From an uncultured bacterium (lineage in GTDB: Bacteria; Chloroflexota; UBA5177; JANWHV01), in the NCBI GenBank assembly GCA_963827235.1, contig CAWHAE010000008.1:64001-128000 (forward strand): a stretch of DNA of 64,000 nucleotides. Direction: 5' to 3'. Under the pieces are notes generated by a model that worked only from the letters and a program-made list of their open reading frames with translations, had not been told where the DNA came from and did not search any database. How positions within the stretch are numbered: position 1 is the first letter of the stretch; each line of letters starts with the position of its first letter. Below, piece after piece: positions 10,677 to 21,554 of this stretch. The translations under genes were made by a program, and so were the position numbers.

Positions 10677-13600
10677 ATGACTTCTTGCCGCGTTTTCCTC
10701 GTCGCCTTGCTTGCCGCGGTGCTCCTCTCGACCAGCGCCCTGTCCGGAGCAGTTTCGGCTTCAGCGGTCCGCGATGCGGACGCAGCCGGCACGCCGGATC
10801 TTCGGGACGGTGGGCTACGATGCCAGGTTACCCGACTCCGGCCATGTCCGGTTCGTGCGTGTGTCGCCGGGAGGCAGCCTGATGTTTGCCGGCCTCGGCG
10901 ACGGCGGCATCATGCGCAGCGCCGACGGCGGGCGTACCTGGCGCAGCCTTCGCGTTGGTGTGGCGGGTGGGCCCGGCGCGCAGTTGCTCGATCTGCAGAT
11001 CGCTCCCTCCAATCCCAACGTGGTCTGGGCGGCAGGTCTCACGGGCGTCTACCGGAGCGTAGACGGCGGTCTCTCCTGGCTCGAGGCTGACGTGCGCAGT
11101 GACGATCCAGGCCGCGCGGTGGGTTCCGTGCTGGCGGTGGATCCTCGGCACTCCGAAGCGGCCTATCTGGCCGGCTATCGCAATGGTGGCTTGTACCGCA
11201 CCGGAGACGCGGGTCTCTCCTGGCAACAGGTGCTTCCCTATCCCGTCAGCGCGGTGGCCGTGGAACCGGCTAATGGTGCGATCGTCTACGCCGTGTCGCG
11301 CACGGCCGGTTTTCAGCGCAGCGATGATCACGGGCACACGTGGTCGACTGGAGTGGCTTTGCCCGCGTACGCCGGCATCGGCGTCGAAACGGCGTCGGCG
11401 GGGCGCCTGCTGGCGGTAGACGGTCCGAGCGGCGGTCTGTTCGTCGCTCTCGACGGCGGGCGAGTAGTCAGGTCCCGCGACGGCGGTCGTAGCTGGCAGG
11501 ACATCTCGCTTGGCTTGCCGGACACGGTGCCGGGCCAGGGATACTCGGTTCCCTATGACCTGACCGTGACCGGCGGGAGCGATGGGCGGCTGTATGCGAT
11601 CGTTCCATCCGGGGCGCTGGGCGCCGCGTCCGGGGGCACGCTGTTCGTCGCCCAACCTGCTTCGGTGGCGTCCAGGTACCCGCCAGCGACCAGCACGCCG
11701 AGCGTCACGCGGACTCGCACCCCGACCGCTACGCCTACGCGTACGCGGACGGCGACTCCCAGCCGTACCCGCACTCCCACGTCCACCAGGACCCGCACCG
11801 CTACCGCGACCCGCACTGCCACGCGCACCCCGACGTCGACCAGAACGGCCACGGTCACCGCTACAAGTACCGCGAGTGCAACGGCTACCGTCACGGCCAC
11901 GGGCAGCGAAACGCCGGCACACGCGTTGTCCGTCACGGCGACTCCGTCTACCAGCCCGACCGCGACTGTCACCACTCTTCCCGGTACCACCGGGACGCCG
12001 CCGGCTCTCGTAACCTCCTCCGTGGTGCCGGCAGCCACGCCCACCACCACCGTGCTGGCAACGGCGAGCTCCATGCTTGAATCGGGTCCTGCGGTCACGA
12101 GTAGCGAGACGAGTACCGGCACGGCCGTCTCGGTGCGGCCTTCGGCCACGGCGGTGCCTGGGGGACCGGGCGCCAGTTTCTCGGCTCCCAGACCCATGAG
12201 CCGGCACTCGACGCGGTGGCGGAACGCCGTACCGGTTGAGCCGACACTACGTGCTGCCGGCTCGGCGGCGCCTCGCACCGCCGCCGAGCTGGTCGGAGCT
12301 GCCGCGGCCGTGGCGACCGCACAAACGAGCGTCGCGCTGATCGCCTGGCAGGCCATGGGCGAGCGAGTGGACGCTACCACCCTGGACCAGCGTTCGACGT
12401 CCGGTTTGCTCGTCGCAGCCGAGGCGGCAGCCGGCGTCGGCTATGCGGCCGCCATTGAGCGCCTCGGAGAGACGCCGGACTATCTGGTTCCTGCTTCCCA
12501 GCTCGGTCCCATAGCAAGAATCGGGTCGGAAGGGTTCGCCTACGGACTCGACAACGTTCCCTACCTGACCGGGATCAACTACGAAGGCCCGAGTGACCGT
12601 CCTTGGCAGATGTGGCAGGACGCTAAGTTCAACGCCACCCTGATCGCTCAGGATTTGGATGACGCGGCGGCTGCCGGCTACCGGATACTTCGGGTCTTCG
12701 TTCAGGACCCGCTGCCTGCCCAGGTCTTGAGCGGCGAGTTTGGACACCTTGACACGCTGGTCGACCTGGCCAAGCAGCGAGACCTGCGGCTGCTGATCAC
12801 GTTCAACGATTCGAGAGATCCGGACCTGTCGGAGGTCGCGCGGGTCGATAGGGCTATCGCGGCGCGCTATGCCCGCGACACCACTATCTTCGGTTACGAC
12901 CTGCAGAACGAGCCCGGCTTCCAGGACATTGCCGGCGCAATCTACCCGGAGGGCACGTCGCTGCCGCTACTGGCTCACTCGCTGATCAAGCTGTATGGAG
13001 AACACTACAAGCTCTCGCGCATTGAGGCCGATCGCAAGGCAGGCATGTGGCGGACCGGCCCTTTTGCACACATGAGCGCCGACCAGGTCTACGCGTATCT
13101 GAATGCGGCATCCATTCTCGACGACTACCTCAGCGCCGGTCCCAGCCAGGCTTCGCAGAAGCCGGGCGGGCATTGGTGGCCGTTGCTCTCGGCGGCGAAC
13201 GCGAGCCTGAAGGTGTTCATCGACACCCAGCTAGGAGCCGTGCGATCCGTCGACAAGCTGCACCTGGTGAGCGTCGGCTACAACAGCTTGTTCTGGGCAG
13301 CGTTCTCCGCGAACGATGAGCTGAGCTTTCGTTCCTTCCACATGTATCCCACAAGCCGGAGCTTCGACAGTATTCACGGAAGCCTGCGTTCGTTCGAAGA
13401 CCTGGCATCAGCCGGTCGAACGCCGATGGTACTGGAGGAGTACGGATTCTCGACCGCCTTCCAGGCCGGGGCGACAGCCTCGGTCCAGGAGACGGGAATG
13501 AGCCTCTACCTTCGCGTGCTGGGCGGAGCCGGTGACTTCAAGTGGCAGCTCAACGACGATACCGTGGGCTACAACGCGGTGGAAAACGGGTTGGGATTGT

Positions 13601-14547
13601 TCGGCGCCAAGAACACACCCAAGGCGGGATTTTACATAAATCGCGAGCTCTCCGCCTATTTCAACGGCCCGCATCAGTCCGGCGGGGTGCGCATGTGGCC
13701 CGACGGCAGCGCCGGCCTTGGTTACCTGTATTCTGCAACTGATGCGCTCGGCGTGAGCGGCGGCACCTACGGCGACGCGCGGATCGCCTATACCGCCCAC
13801 GACAAGCCAGCCAACGCGCAGCTCTGGATGGACTGGGCGCAGCCGGGCCGTCTGCGGCTGACCTCGACGAGCGAGGCCGATCTCACCGTCGACCTGGCAA
13901 AGCTGGCCGGCGCCGCCTCGGGCGCCGTGAGCCTGGCGCCCGCCCAGAGCTTCACCCAAACCGGCACGACCCTTCGAATCCACTTGCAGGCCGGGCTGTG
14001 GTACACGATTCTCTTCCCAACCGGCGGCACGGAGCTGGCATTGCCTGGCCTTCCCGCGCCGGCGAGATCCAATAGCTGGTACATCCTGGACACTGGCCAT
14101 AACGTCCCGCCGCCATTCCTCAGCCGGTGGCTGGCTCTCGGCGGCGTCTCATTGGTGGGCGCTCCGCTGGCTGAGCCATCGCCCGCCACGGGAGGGGAGG
14201 TGCAGTACTACGAATCGCTGGCTATGCAGGCTCATGGCAGCACTGCCAGCCTTCTACCCCTCGGCTTGGCCGAGATCGGCGGCAAGCCGGATCCGAAGGC
14301 CGCTGAGCTGCCCAAGAAGATCAAGCACCTTTACGTCAAGGCCACGGGCCATAACCTGCAGGGGCCGTTCTTGCAGTTCTGGCAGTCGAATGGCGGTGCC
14401 GCGGTATGGGGCCAGCCCATCACAGAGCAGCGGAAGAAGCTGGGCTATACGGTCCAGTACTTCACGAACGCGGAGTTCGTCCTCGACGGCAACAGCGTCG
14501 TCCTGGGATCGGTCGGCGCGCGTGCCTGGCTGCGACTAGCGCAATAG
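10677..14547 (+). CDS. Large secreted protein: BNR/Asp-box propeller + Thr/Arg linker + clan GH-A (GH5-like) glycoside hydrolase + xxTGH repeats (frameshift near 10790)
   Basis: Signal peptide MTSCRVFLVALLAAVLLS in a different frame from the body; repeated RSxDGGxTW; GINYE, DLQNEP (acid/base), VLEEYG (nucleophile); C-terminal DTGHNV/ATGHNL, WGQPIT, VQYF. Confidence 0.8.
11690..11900 (+). repeat. Low-complexity coding repeat (TRTxT/TATxT linker)
   Basis: TRTRTPTATPTRTRTATPSRTRTPTSTRTRTATATRTATRTPTSTRTAT. Confidence 0.75.
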
Positions 14548-14576
14548 CCCTCGAGCGATGTCCGGTGACTCGAGCC

Positions 14577-15269
14577 TCAGGGAAAGTGAAGGCGCTTGAA
14601 CTCCTCGGCGGCCGGCAGATCGTGCCGCTTCCCAGCCTCGGCGGCGCGTGTGCGAAGCCGATCGGCCGTGCCGGCCGGGTCGCGAAGCTGGCTCACATGC
14701 CGTGAGATCGCTTCGATCTTCTGCTCGAGCGTCTGCGAAATATCTACTACGTGGTCGACCTCGGCAGGACCGTAGAGCCACACCTCCGGCACGTCGTATG
14801 GTTCCAGGCCTTCGTCATAGAACAGCTCCGGATGGTAGAGATGATCCCGAGCGGCGACGAAGGCATCGGTGGAAAGGAATCCCGCGGCGCGGTGATCCGG
14901 GTGGAGCTGATAGTGCCGCCAGGGGTCGTGCGTGATCAGGATCCCGGGCCGGATCTGGCGGATGATGCGCGCCAGATTGCGGCGCAGATCCAGAGTGACG
15001 CACAGGCTGCCGTCGCTTTGATTGAAAAAGAAGATGTTGCCTACGCCGAGCACGTCGGCCGCTGCCCGCTGCTCGCGAGCCCTGGTGCGCGCCAGCTCAA
15101 TCGGGTCGGCCTGGCGATCCTTGGTGCCGCGACTGCCGTCTGTGCAGACGACATAATGCACGGCCCGCCCGCTTCGCGTGAATACTGCAATCGCACCACC
15201 GGCGCCGAATTCTGTATCGTCCGGATGCGCTCCGACCACGAGCACCGGTCCCGTCGCCGCATCGCTCAT
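14577..15269 (-). CDS. PIG-L family deacetylase (MshB/BshB-like)
   Basis: AHPDD metal motif, TDGSRG, HPDH, K..A...H.SQ, AEEF. Confidence 0.9.
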   Translation of the reverse strand: MSDAATGPVLVVGAHPDDTEFGAGGAIAVFTRSGRAVHYVVCTDGSRGTKDRQADPIELARTRAREQRAAADVLGVGNIFFFNQSDGSLCVTLDLRRNLARIIRQIRPGILITHDPWRHYQLHPDHRAAGFLSTDAFVAARDHLYHPELFYDEGLEPYDVPEVWLYGPAEVDHVVDISQTLEQKIEAISRHVSQLRDPAGTADRLRTRAAEAGKRHDLPAAEEFKRLHFP

Positions 15270-16333
15270 GGTCGCGGACCTCTGGTCGAGAGCACGCGAT
15301 ACAGCATGCGGTCACGGGCGCCAAGCGTGTACTTGTAGGGCTCGTCGCCCTGCAGGAAGTCAAAGATTTCAAGGCCCTCGGTCGCGCAGTCCTTCAGCAG
15401 CAACCCCACGGCCGCGATGCCCACGCTATGCGCGGCATACGCCGGGTTGTAGCCCGAATTGTACAGGTACAACCGATCCCCGTAGGCGAAGCCGAGAGCA
15501 GCGGACACCGGTACGTCTCCTACCCAGAGCACGCCCATACGCAGCGTGCCGGCGGCCAAGGTCATGTCACACAGGCCGCGGAAATAGGATTCCATCTGCT
15601 CGGTCATGAAAGCGGCCTTGCCGGCGCTGCTTAGCCGGTGAAGGGCAACGAAGGCGTCGACGGAACGCTCCAGGTCGGCTGCGCTCAGCACGCGCTTCCA
15701 CGTCGCGCCCTGGTCGTCGACGGCGCGGCGCAGTTTGCGCCTGAGCTCGTGCCGATCCTTCTTGCTCAACGAGGCAAGGTACGCTTCCCACGAGCCGTGC
15801 AGCTCGACATAGGGACACACGTCTTCGCGTTCGACTTCGATTTCTATGCACGTGCCGCCGTAGACCTCCTGCACGATGCGCCGGGTCGACGAGTCCTCGG
15901 GCAGGCAACGGAGATCGAGTCGCTCCCATTCGAGCCGGTCGCGTGCCGCGGTGAGCAACGAACGCGTCAGGCTCTCCGCGTCGTCCCGTTCTACGATGAA
16001 GTCGAGGTAATCGGCGACTTCGGTGCCGCCGACCAGGCTAAGCGTTCTCGGTCGCCCGCCTCGCGACAGCATGAGAGGTGCAACGGCGAGAAGCCTGTCG
16101 GAGGCGTCTCGAACCGCGATCAGCCGCAGCGAATAGTCGTGTCCGAAGTGCCTCCACCACAGCTGCTGCCACGCATTCAAAGCAAAGAACTGATCGGACG
16201 TGCTGGCAGGAAGGAGCCGGTCCCACTCTCGGCTGAGGCAGACGAGCGCCGCCTCGTTACGATAGATGTGGACCTCGCGCCCTTCCGTATCCAGCCACGT
16301 ACACTCGTCGCGCAGCTCGGCACAATCGATCAT
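15266..16333 (-). CDS. GNAT family acetyltransferase (CelD/BcsL-like); start uncertain
   Basis: WWRHFG, DYLDF, WEAYLASLSKKDRHELRRKLRR, YNSGY, FDFLQGDEPYKYTLGA; 4-nt overlap with the PIG-L gene. Confidence 0.85.
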   Translation of the reverse strand: MIDCAELRDECTWLDTEGREVHIYRNEAALVCLSREWDRLLPASTSDQFFALNAWQQLWWRHFGHDYSLRLIAVRDASDRLLAVAPLMLSRGGRPRTLSLVGGTEVADYLDFIVERDDAESLTRSLLTAARDRLEWERLDLRCLPEDSSTRRIVQEVYGGTCIEIEVEREDVCPYVELHGSWEAYLASLSKKDRHELRRKLRRAVDDQGATWKRVLSAADLERSVDAFVALHRLSSAGKAAFMTEQMESYFRGLCDMTLAAGTLRMGVLWVGDVPVSAALGFAYGDRLYLYNSGYNPAYAAHSVGIAAVGLLLKDCATEGLEIFDFLQGDEPYKYTLGARDRMLYRVLSTRGPRP

Positions 16334-16555
16334 CGGTATTCCGTTTCCTACCCGCCCTGTTATTGCGTCGTCCACTAATGCTATACCCGACTCGGGGTCC
16401 AAGTTTCAACTCCAGCGGCGGAGTGCGACGCCCAATCGTGCTCTGCAGTATGGCAATATACTTCCGCGGACTTGACCGGCGCGAGTGCGCGCCGCCGGGC
16501 ATCGATGAGCCGACCGCCTCGCGGCGGCGCCCAAAACGGCAAACAGGTACGATAA

Positions 16556-17407
16556 ATGGCGGCGATCGTGCCAGAGGATATGGAGAGTATGATGCGGCAA
16601 AGCAGGGCCAAGCTCGGCGACCTGAGGCACCGCGAGGAGGCTCGCTTCATACTTACCGCCGGACGTTCTTCGCGCAGTCCGCAGATGGTCCACTTGCAAA
16701 GCGAGTTCTCCGTCGCCAACTACATTCGCATCGCCGATGAAGTCGCAGCCCGCTCTTGGAATCTTGCGGGTGCGCATGCAGGCGCCGCACCGCGCGTCCT
16801 CGACTGGGGAGCGGGCATCGGACAGATGTCGTACCTGCTATCGCGGCGCAACTGCCTCGTGAGCAGCTACGACATCGGGGACCGCGGTACGTGGCCGCTG
16901 GAGATCGACCCGTCTATGGCCCTGCAGCGCGACGGCCATCCAAGCAGGCTGCCCTACGAAAGCGCCGCCTTTGACGCTGTGCTGAGCTGTGGCGTGCTGG
17001 AACACGTGCCGGACGAGGAGGCCACGCTCGACGAGATCCATCGGGTGCTGCGGTCAGGCGGGATCTTCATGATCTACAACCTGCCTCAACGCCTCGGCTA
17101 CACGGAGTACATCGTGCGCGCGCTCCGCCTCGGCTACGTGCACGATAGGCGCTACAGCGGGGCCTCGGTGCGGCGGCTGCTTAGCCGCCACGGATTTGCT
17201 GTGCGTTGTCTCCGGCGAAGCAACATGCTGCCGCACAACTTCCGCGGTCTGCCGGCTCCATTTCGGGCTGCCCTGACTCGCCGTACGGCTGGCCTCGTTG
17301 ACCTGGACCTCGCGGTCTCCTCGATTCCCGTGCTTAGCCGCATAAGTGGCATGCTGGAGGTGATCGCTGAGCGGCTGGCCGGTGATTTCCACGCGCCGAG
17401 AAGGTAA
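16556..17407 (+). CDS. Class I SAM-dependent methyltransferase
   Basis: VLDWGAGIG, LPYESAAFDAV, VLEHV, EIHRVLRSGG. Confidence 0.85.
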   Translation: MAAIVPEDMESMMRQSRAKLGDLRHREEARFILTAGRSSRSPQMVHLQSEFSVANYIRIADEVAARSWNLAGAHAGAAPRVLDWGAGIGQMSYLLSRRNCLVSSYDIGDRGTWPLEIDPSMALQRDGHPSRLPYESAAFDAVLSCGVLEHVPDEEATLDEIHRVLRSGGIFMIYNLPQRLGYTEYIVRALRLGYVHDRRYSGASVRRLLSRHGFAVRCLRRSNMLPHNFRGLPAPFRAALTRRTAGLVDLDLAVSSIPVLSRISGMLEVIAERLAGDFHAPRR

Positions 17408-17469
17408 TTGCGTGCTCAAGCACGGCTGTGCTAACCTCAAATTAGAGCAGTACAAGTACATACGCGCAA

Positions 17470-17580
17470 CTCTTATCCAGAGTGGCTGAGGGACCGGCCC
17501 TGTGACGCCCGACAACCCGGTGGCGAAGAGCCATGTCAGGGTGCTAATTCCGGTGGCGGTTGTTACCGCCGAAGATGAGA
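17470..17580 (+). ncRNA. SAM-I (S-box) riboswitch aptamer
   Basis: CTCTTATCCAGAG-TGGCTGAGGGACCGGCCCTGTGACGCC-CGACAACC...GGTGCTAATTCC...GAAGATGAG matches the SAM-I consensus; upstream of SAM-cycle genes. Confidence 0.95.
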
Positions 17581-17598
17581 CAGGCTGCGATGCGGCTT

Positions 17599-17628
17599 CC
17601 CGCCTCATCTTGTGGGGCGGGTCTTTTT
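17599..17628 (+). terminator. Riboswitch expression-platform intrinsic terminator
   Basis: CCCGCCTCA-TCTTG-TGGGGCGGG followed by TCTTTTT; its CTCATCTT can alternatively pair with AAGATGAG of P1 (antiterminator). Confidence 0.85.
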
Positions 17629-17839
17629 GTGTACAGAGCGGAAACATGGGCGAATCGGGTATTCCACCAGCGCAGGAACCGGCATCCGCGCTGGTTCGTG
17701 CTCATCGCGGAAAGTGGCATCGTGCGTGGTCCGCCTTCCCAGGGCACGCCATTCTGTGGGGCCGTGACGTGCCGGGAAGTGCAGACTGACGCAGCAATCG
17801 CAGAGCGCATGGAGGCGCGACTGCGGTCGAGGAGGACTG

Positions 17840-18703
17840 ATGAGCAAAGCACGCATAGGGGTCATTGGCGGCAGCGGGCTGTACGCCATGGACGAACTGA
17901 AGGACATCGAGCAGATCGACCTGCAGACGCCGTTCGGCAAGCCCAGCGACACGATAGTGGTCGGCACCTTGCTCGGCGAGCGGGTCGCCTTCCTGCCGCG
18001 TCACGCTCGCGGTCACCGGATCTTGCCGTCCGACATTCCGGTACGGGCGAACATCTACGCGCTCAAGCAGTTGGGCGTGGAGTGGATCGTCGCGGCGAGC
18101 GCGGTTGGCAGTCTGCGCGAGGACATCGCGCCTTCCCACATGGTCATACCCGATCAGATCATCGACCGCACGAAGAACAGGATCTCCACGTTCTTTGCAA
18201 CGGGCCTGGTCGGCCACGTTTCCTTCGCCGATCCGTTTTGCCCGACCCTCAGCGGACTGCTGGCCGAAGCCGCTGCCAGGGCAGGGGCCACGGTGCATCG
18301 CGGGGGCACGTATATCTGCATGGAGGGTCCGGCGTTCTCCACGCGGGCGGAGTCGCACCTGTATCGCTCGTGGGGCGCCAGCATCATCGGCATGACGGCC
18401 TTGCCGGAAGCCAAGCTCGCCAGGGAGGCTGAGATGCACTATGCAATGATCGCCCAGAGCACCGACTACGATTGCTGGCGAGAGTCCGAGGAGGTGGTAA
18501 CCGCTGAGCGGGTTGTCGCCACCGTAGCGCGTAACATTGCGATGGTCCGGTCGAGCCTGCTGGCTCTCATTCCCACTATACCGGCGCAGGGCGGCTGCAC
18601 GTGCGCGTCGGCACTGGCCTCCGCCATACAGACATCTCCGGAAGCAATAGCGCCCGAGGCCGCATCACAGCTCGGGATCATCTATCAGAAGTACGCCAGG
18701 TGA
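17840..18703 (+). CDS. mtnP: S-methyl-5'-thioadenosine phosphorylase
   Basis: IGVIGGSGLY, TPFGKPSD, RANIYALK, AVGSLRE, EGPAFSTRAES, GMT..PEAKLAREAE, TDYDCW; RBS GAGGAGG. Confidence 0.95.
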   Translation: MSKARIGVIGGSGLYAMDELKDIEQIDLQTPFGKPSDTIVVGTLLGERVAFLPRHARGHRILPSDIPVRANIYALKQLGVEWIVAASAVGSLREDIAPSHMVIPDQIIDRTKNRISTFFATGLVGHVSFADPFCPTLSGLLAEAAARAGATVHRGGTYICMEGPAFSTRAESHLYRSWGASIIGMTALPEAKLAREAEMHYAMIAQSTDYDCWRESEEVVTAERVVATVARNIAMVRSSLLALIPTIPAQGGCTCASALASAIQTSPEAIAPEAASQLGIIYQKYAR

Positions 18704-18735
18704 CCGGACCACGAGTGGATTGAAAGGTGGGCAGG

Positions 18736-20006
18736 ATGAGCGTTGGTACGGATATTAAGCACGACGTGAAGGACCTTGCGCTGGCTAAGCCGGGACAGGA
18801 TCGCATCGAGTGGGCGGCCACGCAGATGCCGGTGCTTGGCATGATCAGGAAGCGTTTCGAGCAAGAGCAGCCGCTCAAGGGGCTGCGCATCGGTGCGTGT
18901 CTGCACGTGACTACCGAAACCGCGAACCTTGCGATTGCCCTCAAGGCCGGCGGAGCCGAGGTGACACTTTGCGCCTCCAACCCCCTGTCGACCCAGGACG
19001 ATACCGCGGCCGCGCTGGTGAAGTACCACGGCATCAGCACGTTCGCCATAAAGGGCGAGGACTCCGAGAGCTACTACCGGCATATACACGCCACCATCGA
19101 CGCGAACCCACAGGTGACCATGGACGATGGCTGCGATCTGGTGACTACTCTTCACACGGAGAGGAAGGACAAGCTTCCAGGAGTCTTCGCAGGTACGGAG
19201 GAGACGACCACCGGCGTGATCAGACTGCGCAGCATGGCGGCTGAAGGCGTGCTGCGTTACCCCGTGATCGCGATCAATGAAGCAGATACCAAGCATTTGT
19301 TTGACAATCGCTACGGCACCGGCCAGAGCACGATGGACGCCATCATGCGCAGCACAAATCTTCTCTTGGCGGGAAGGACGGTCGTGGTGGTGGGCTACGG
19401 CTGGTGCGGGCGCGGCGTGGCCATGCGGGCGCACGGACTGGGCGCACACGTGATCGTCACCGAGGTCAATCCAACCCGGGCTCTGGAGGCCCTGATGGAC
19501 GGGCATCGGGTCAGCACGCTGGAGGAAGCCGCGAAGGTTGCCGATCTCGTGGTGACGGTGACCGGTAACTACCACGTCGTCGACCGCCACCACTTTGCCG
19601 CCTTCAAGAACGGCGCCATCCTGGCCAATTCCGGACACTTCAACGACGAGATCAATCTGGATGCCCTGGCCGAGGGAGCGACCGTGCGCACGGTTCGCCC
19701 ATTTGTGCAGGAGTACACGCTGGCGGACGGCAAGCGGCTGTACGTGCTTGCCGAGGGCCGGCTGGTCAATATCTCTGCCGCCGAAGGGCACCCGGCGGCC
19801 GTGATGGACATGAGCTTTGCCAATCAGTCGCTGACCGTCGAGTATCTGGCCAGCGGCACGGTGAAGCTTGCCCCCGGAGTGCACTATGTGCCGGAAGCGA
19901 TCGATCAACGTGTGGCGCGGACCAAGCTGCAGACGCTCGGCGTGACCATCGACACGCTGACCGACGAGCAGGTCAGTACCTGGCCTCCTGGCAATCGGGC
20001 ACCTGA
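18736..20006 (+). CDS. ahcY: Adenosylhomocysteinase (frameshift ~19975 before the canonical YLASWQSGT* end)
   Basis: CLHVTTETANL, SNPLSTQDD, EETTTGV, KHLFDNRYGTGQS, GYGWCGRG, EGHPAAVMDMSF. Confidence 0.95.
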
Positions 20007-20095
20007 GGCAGTGCGAACGAAGCCCGGCCCGCCGGTCCGGGCAAGGATCTCAGCCGGCGCGGTATCGAGACCGTGCCTGAGCATGGAGGCAGAGC

Positions 20096-21319
20096 ATGCA
20101 GGACAAGCGTAGCCTGTTCACGTCGGAATCGGTGACGGAAGGTCACCCGGACAAGATGTGCGACCAGATCTCGGATGCGGTGCTGGACGAATTGCTGCGC
20201 CAGGATCCCCGTTCGCGGGTTGCTTGCGAGACGGCGACGACCACCGGACTCGTCGTGGTGATGGGCGAGATCACGACCAACGGCTTCGTCGACATCGGCC
20301 CGCTGGTGCGCAAGGTCGTTCAGGGCATTGGCTACACGAACGCCACCTACGGCCTGGACTACGAGACGTGCGGCGTTCTCGCGTCGATCGGCGTCCAGTC
20401 CTCCGATATCGCGCAGGGCGTCAACAGCGCTCTCGAGGCTCGCGAGGGTGAAGCAGTGGATGCGGACCTGGACTCCGTCGGAGCGGGCGACCAGGGCATG
20501 ATGTTTGGCTACGCCTGTACCGAAACACCGGAGTTGATGCCGCTGCCTATCAGCCTCGCGCATGCCCTCACACGCCGGCTCGCGGCGGTACGCAAGGAAG
20601 GCAGGCTCCCCTATCTGCGCCCAGACGGCAAGTCGCAGGTTTCGATCGAGTACGTGAACGGTAAGCCGGCCCGCGTGGACACGTTGGTCATCTCGACGCA
20701 GCACGCGCCCGAGGCCAGGCTGGATCAGATCAGGCATGACGTGCTTGATCTGGTGGTGCGCCCTGTCGTGCCGGAACACATGCTCGATGCTCGGACCAGG
20801 TATTTCGTTAACCCGACCGGCCGTTTCGTCATCGGTGGGCCACTCGGCGATGCAGGCTTGACCGGCCGCAAGATTATCGTCGACACCTATGGAGGCATGG
20901 CACGCCACGGTGGCGGGGCGTTTTCGGGCAAGGACCCGACCAAGGTCGACCGGTCGGCCAGCTATGCGGCGCGCTGGGTCGCTAAGAACGTGGTCGCGGC
21001 CGGGCTGGCCGATCGGTTCGAGGTGCGCGTGGCGTACGCGATCGGCGTTGCTCACCCTGTATCGATCGGCGTGGACAGCTTTGGCACGGGCCGAGTGGAC
21101 GACTCGCTCATCGAACGGCTGATCGGCGAGCACTTCGACCTGCGACCGGCCGCGATAATGCGCGATCTCGATCTGCTTCGTCCCATCTATCAGCAGACCG
21201 CGAGCTACGGCCACTTCGGGCGGCCGGATCTCGATCTGCCGTGGGAAAGGACCGGCAAGGCGGCGGCTCTCCGTGCCGCGGCCGGACTCGGCGTGCCGGC
21301 GGCAGTGTCCGTCGGCTGA
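20096..21319 (+). CDS. metK: Methionine adenosyltransferase
   Basis: [52 protein letters not shown]. Confidence 0.97.
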   Translation: MQDKRSLFTSESVTEGHPDKMCDQISDAVLDELLRQDPRSRVACETATTTGLVVVMGEITTNGFVDIGPLVRKVVQGIGYTNATYGLDYETCGVLASIGVQSSDIAQGVNSALEAREGEAVDADLDSVGAGDQGMMFGYACTETPELMPLPISLAHALTRRLAAVRKEGRLPYLRPDGKSQVSIEYVNGKPARVDTLVISTQHAPEARLDQIRHDVLDLVVRPVVPEHMLDARTRYFVNPTGRFVIGGPLGDAGLTGRKIIVDTYGGMARHGGGAFSGKDPTKVDRSASYAARWVAKNVVAAGLADRFEVRVAYAIGVAHPVSIGVDSFGTGRVDDSLIERLIGEHFDLRPAAIMRDLDLLRPIYQQTASYGHFGRPDLDLPWERTGKAAALRAAAGLGVPAAVSVG

Positions 21320-21341
21320 CGATCTGCGCGCACGATGTGAG

Positions 21342-21379
21342 AAGCGAACGCGGGAGACTCCCTCCCGCGTTCGCTTTCT
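21342..21379 (+). terminator. Intrinsic terminator after metK
   Basis: 15-bp stem AAGCGAACGCGGGAG / CTCCCGCGTTCGCTT. Confidence 0.7.
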
Positions 21380-21554
21380 GCTGCCCTGTGTGCCCTCAAT
21401 CTGGCTGCGTTCGGAGTTTCGCCGGATCGGAGCCCACGCTCACAAGCGGCACGTTTGCCGCTATAGACCGGCGGTCACACGACCGCTGTTAAAGTCGGTA
21501 CTCTGTACTCTGTGAAGATTGCCGCGACGACACTCAATGCGTGACGGGGGTTCG

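Noticed and set aside
17629-17839. Tandem SAH riboswitch ahead of mtnP-ahcY
   Set aside because: The GAGGAGCGYUGC-type core is not present
19960-20112. Programmed frameshift or extended AhcY C-terminus overlapping metK
   Set aside because: One missing base restores the canonical YLASWQSGT* end at 20006; there is no slippery site, and similar indels occur in many genes
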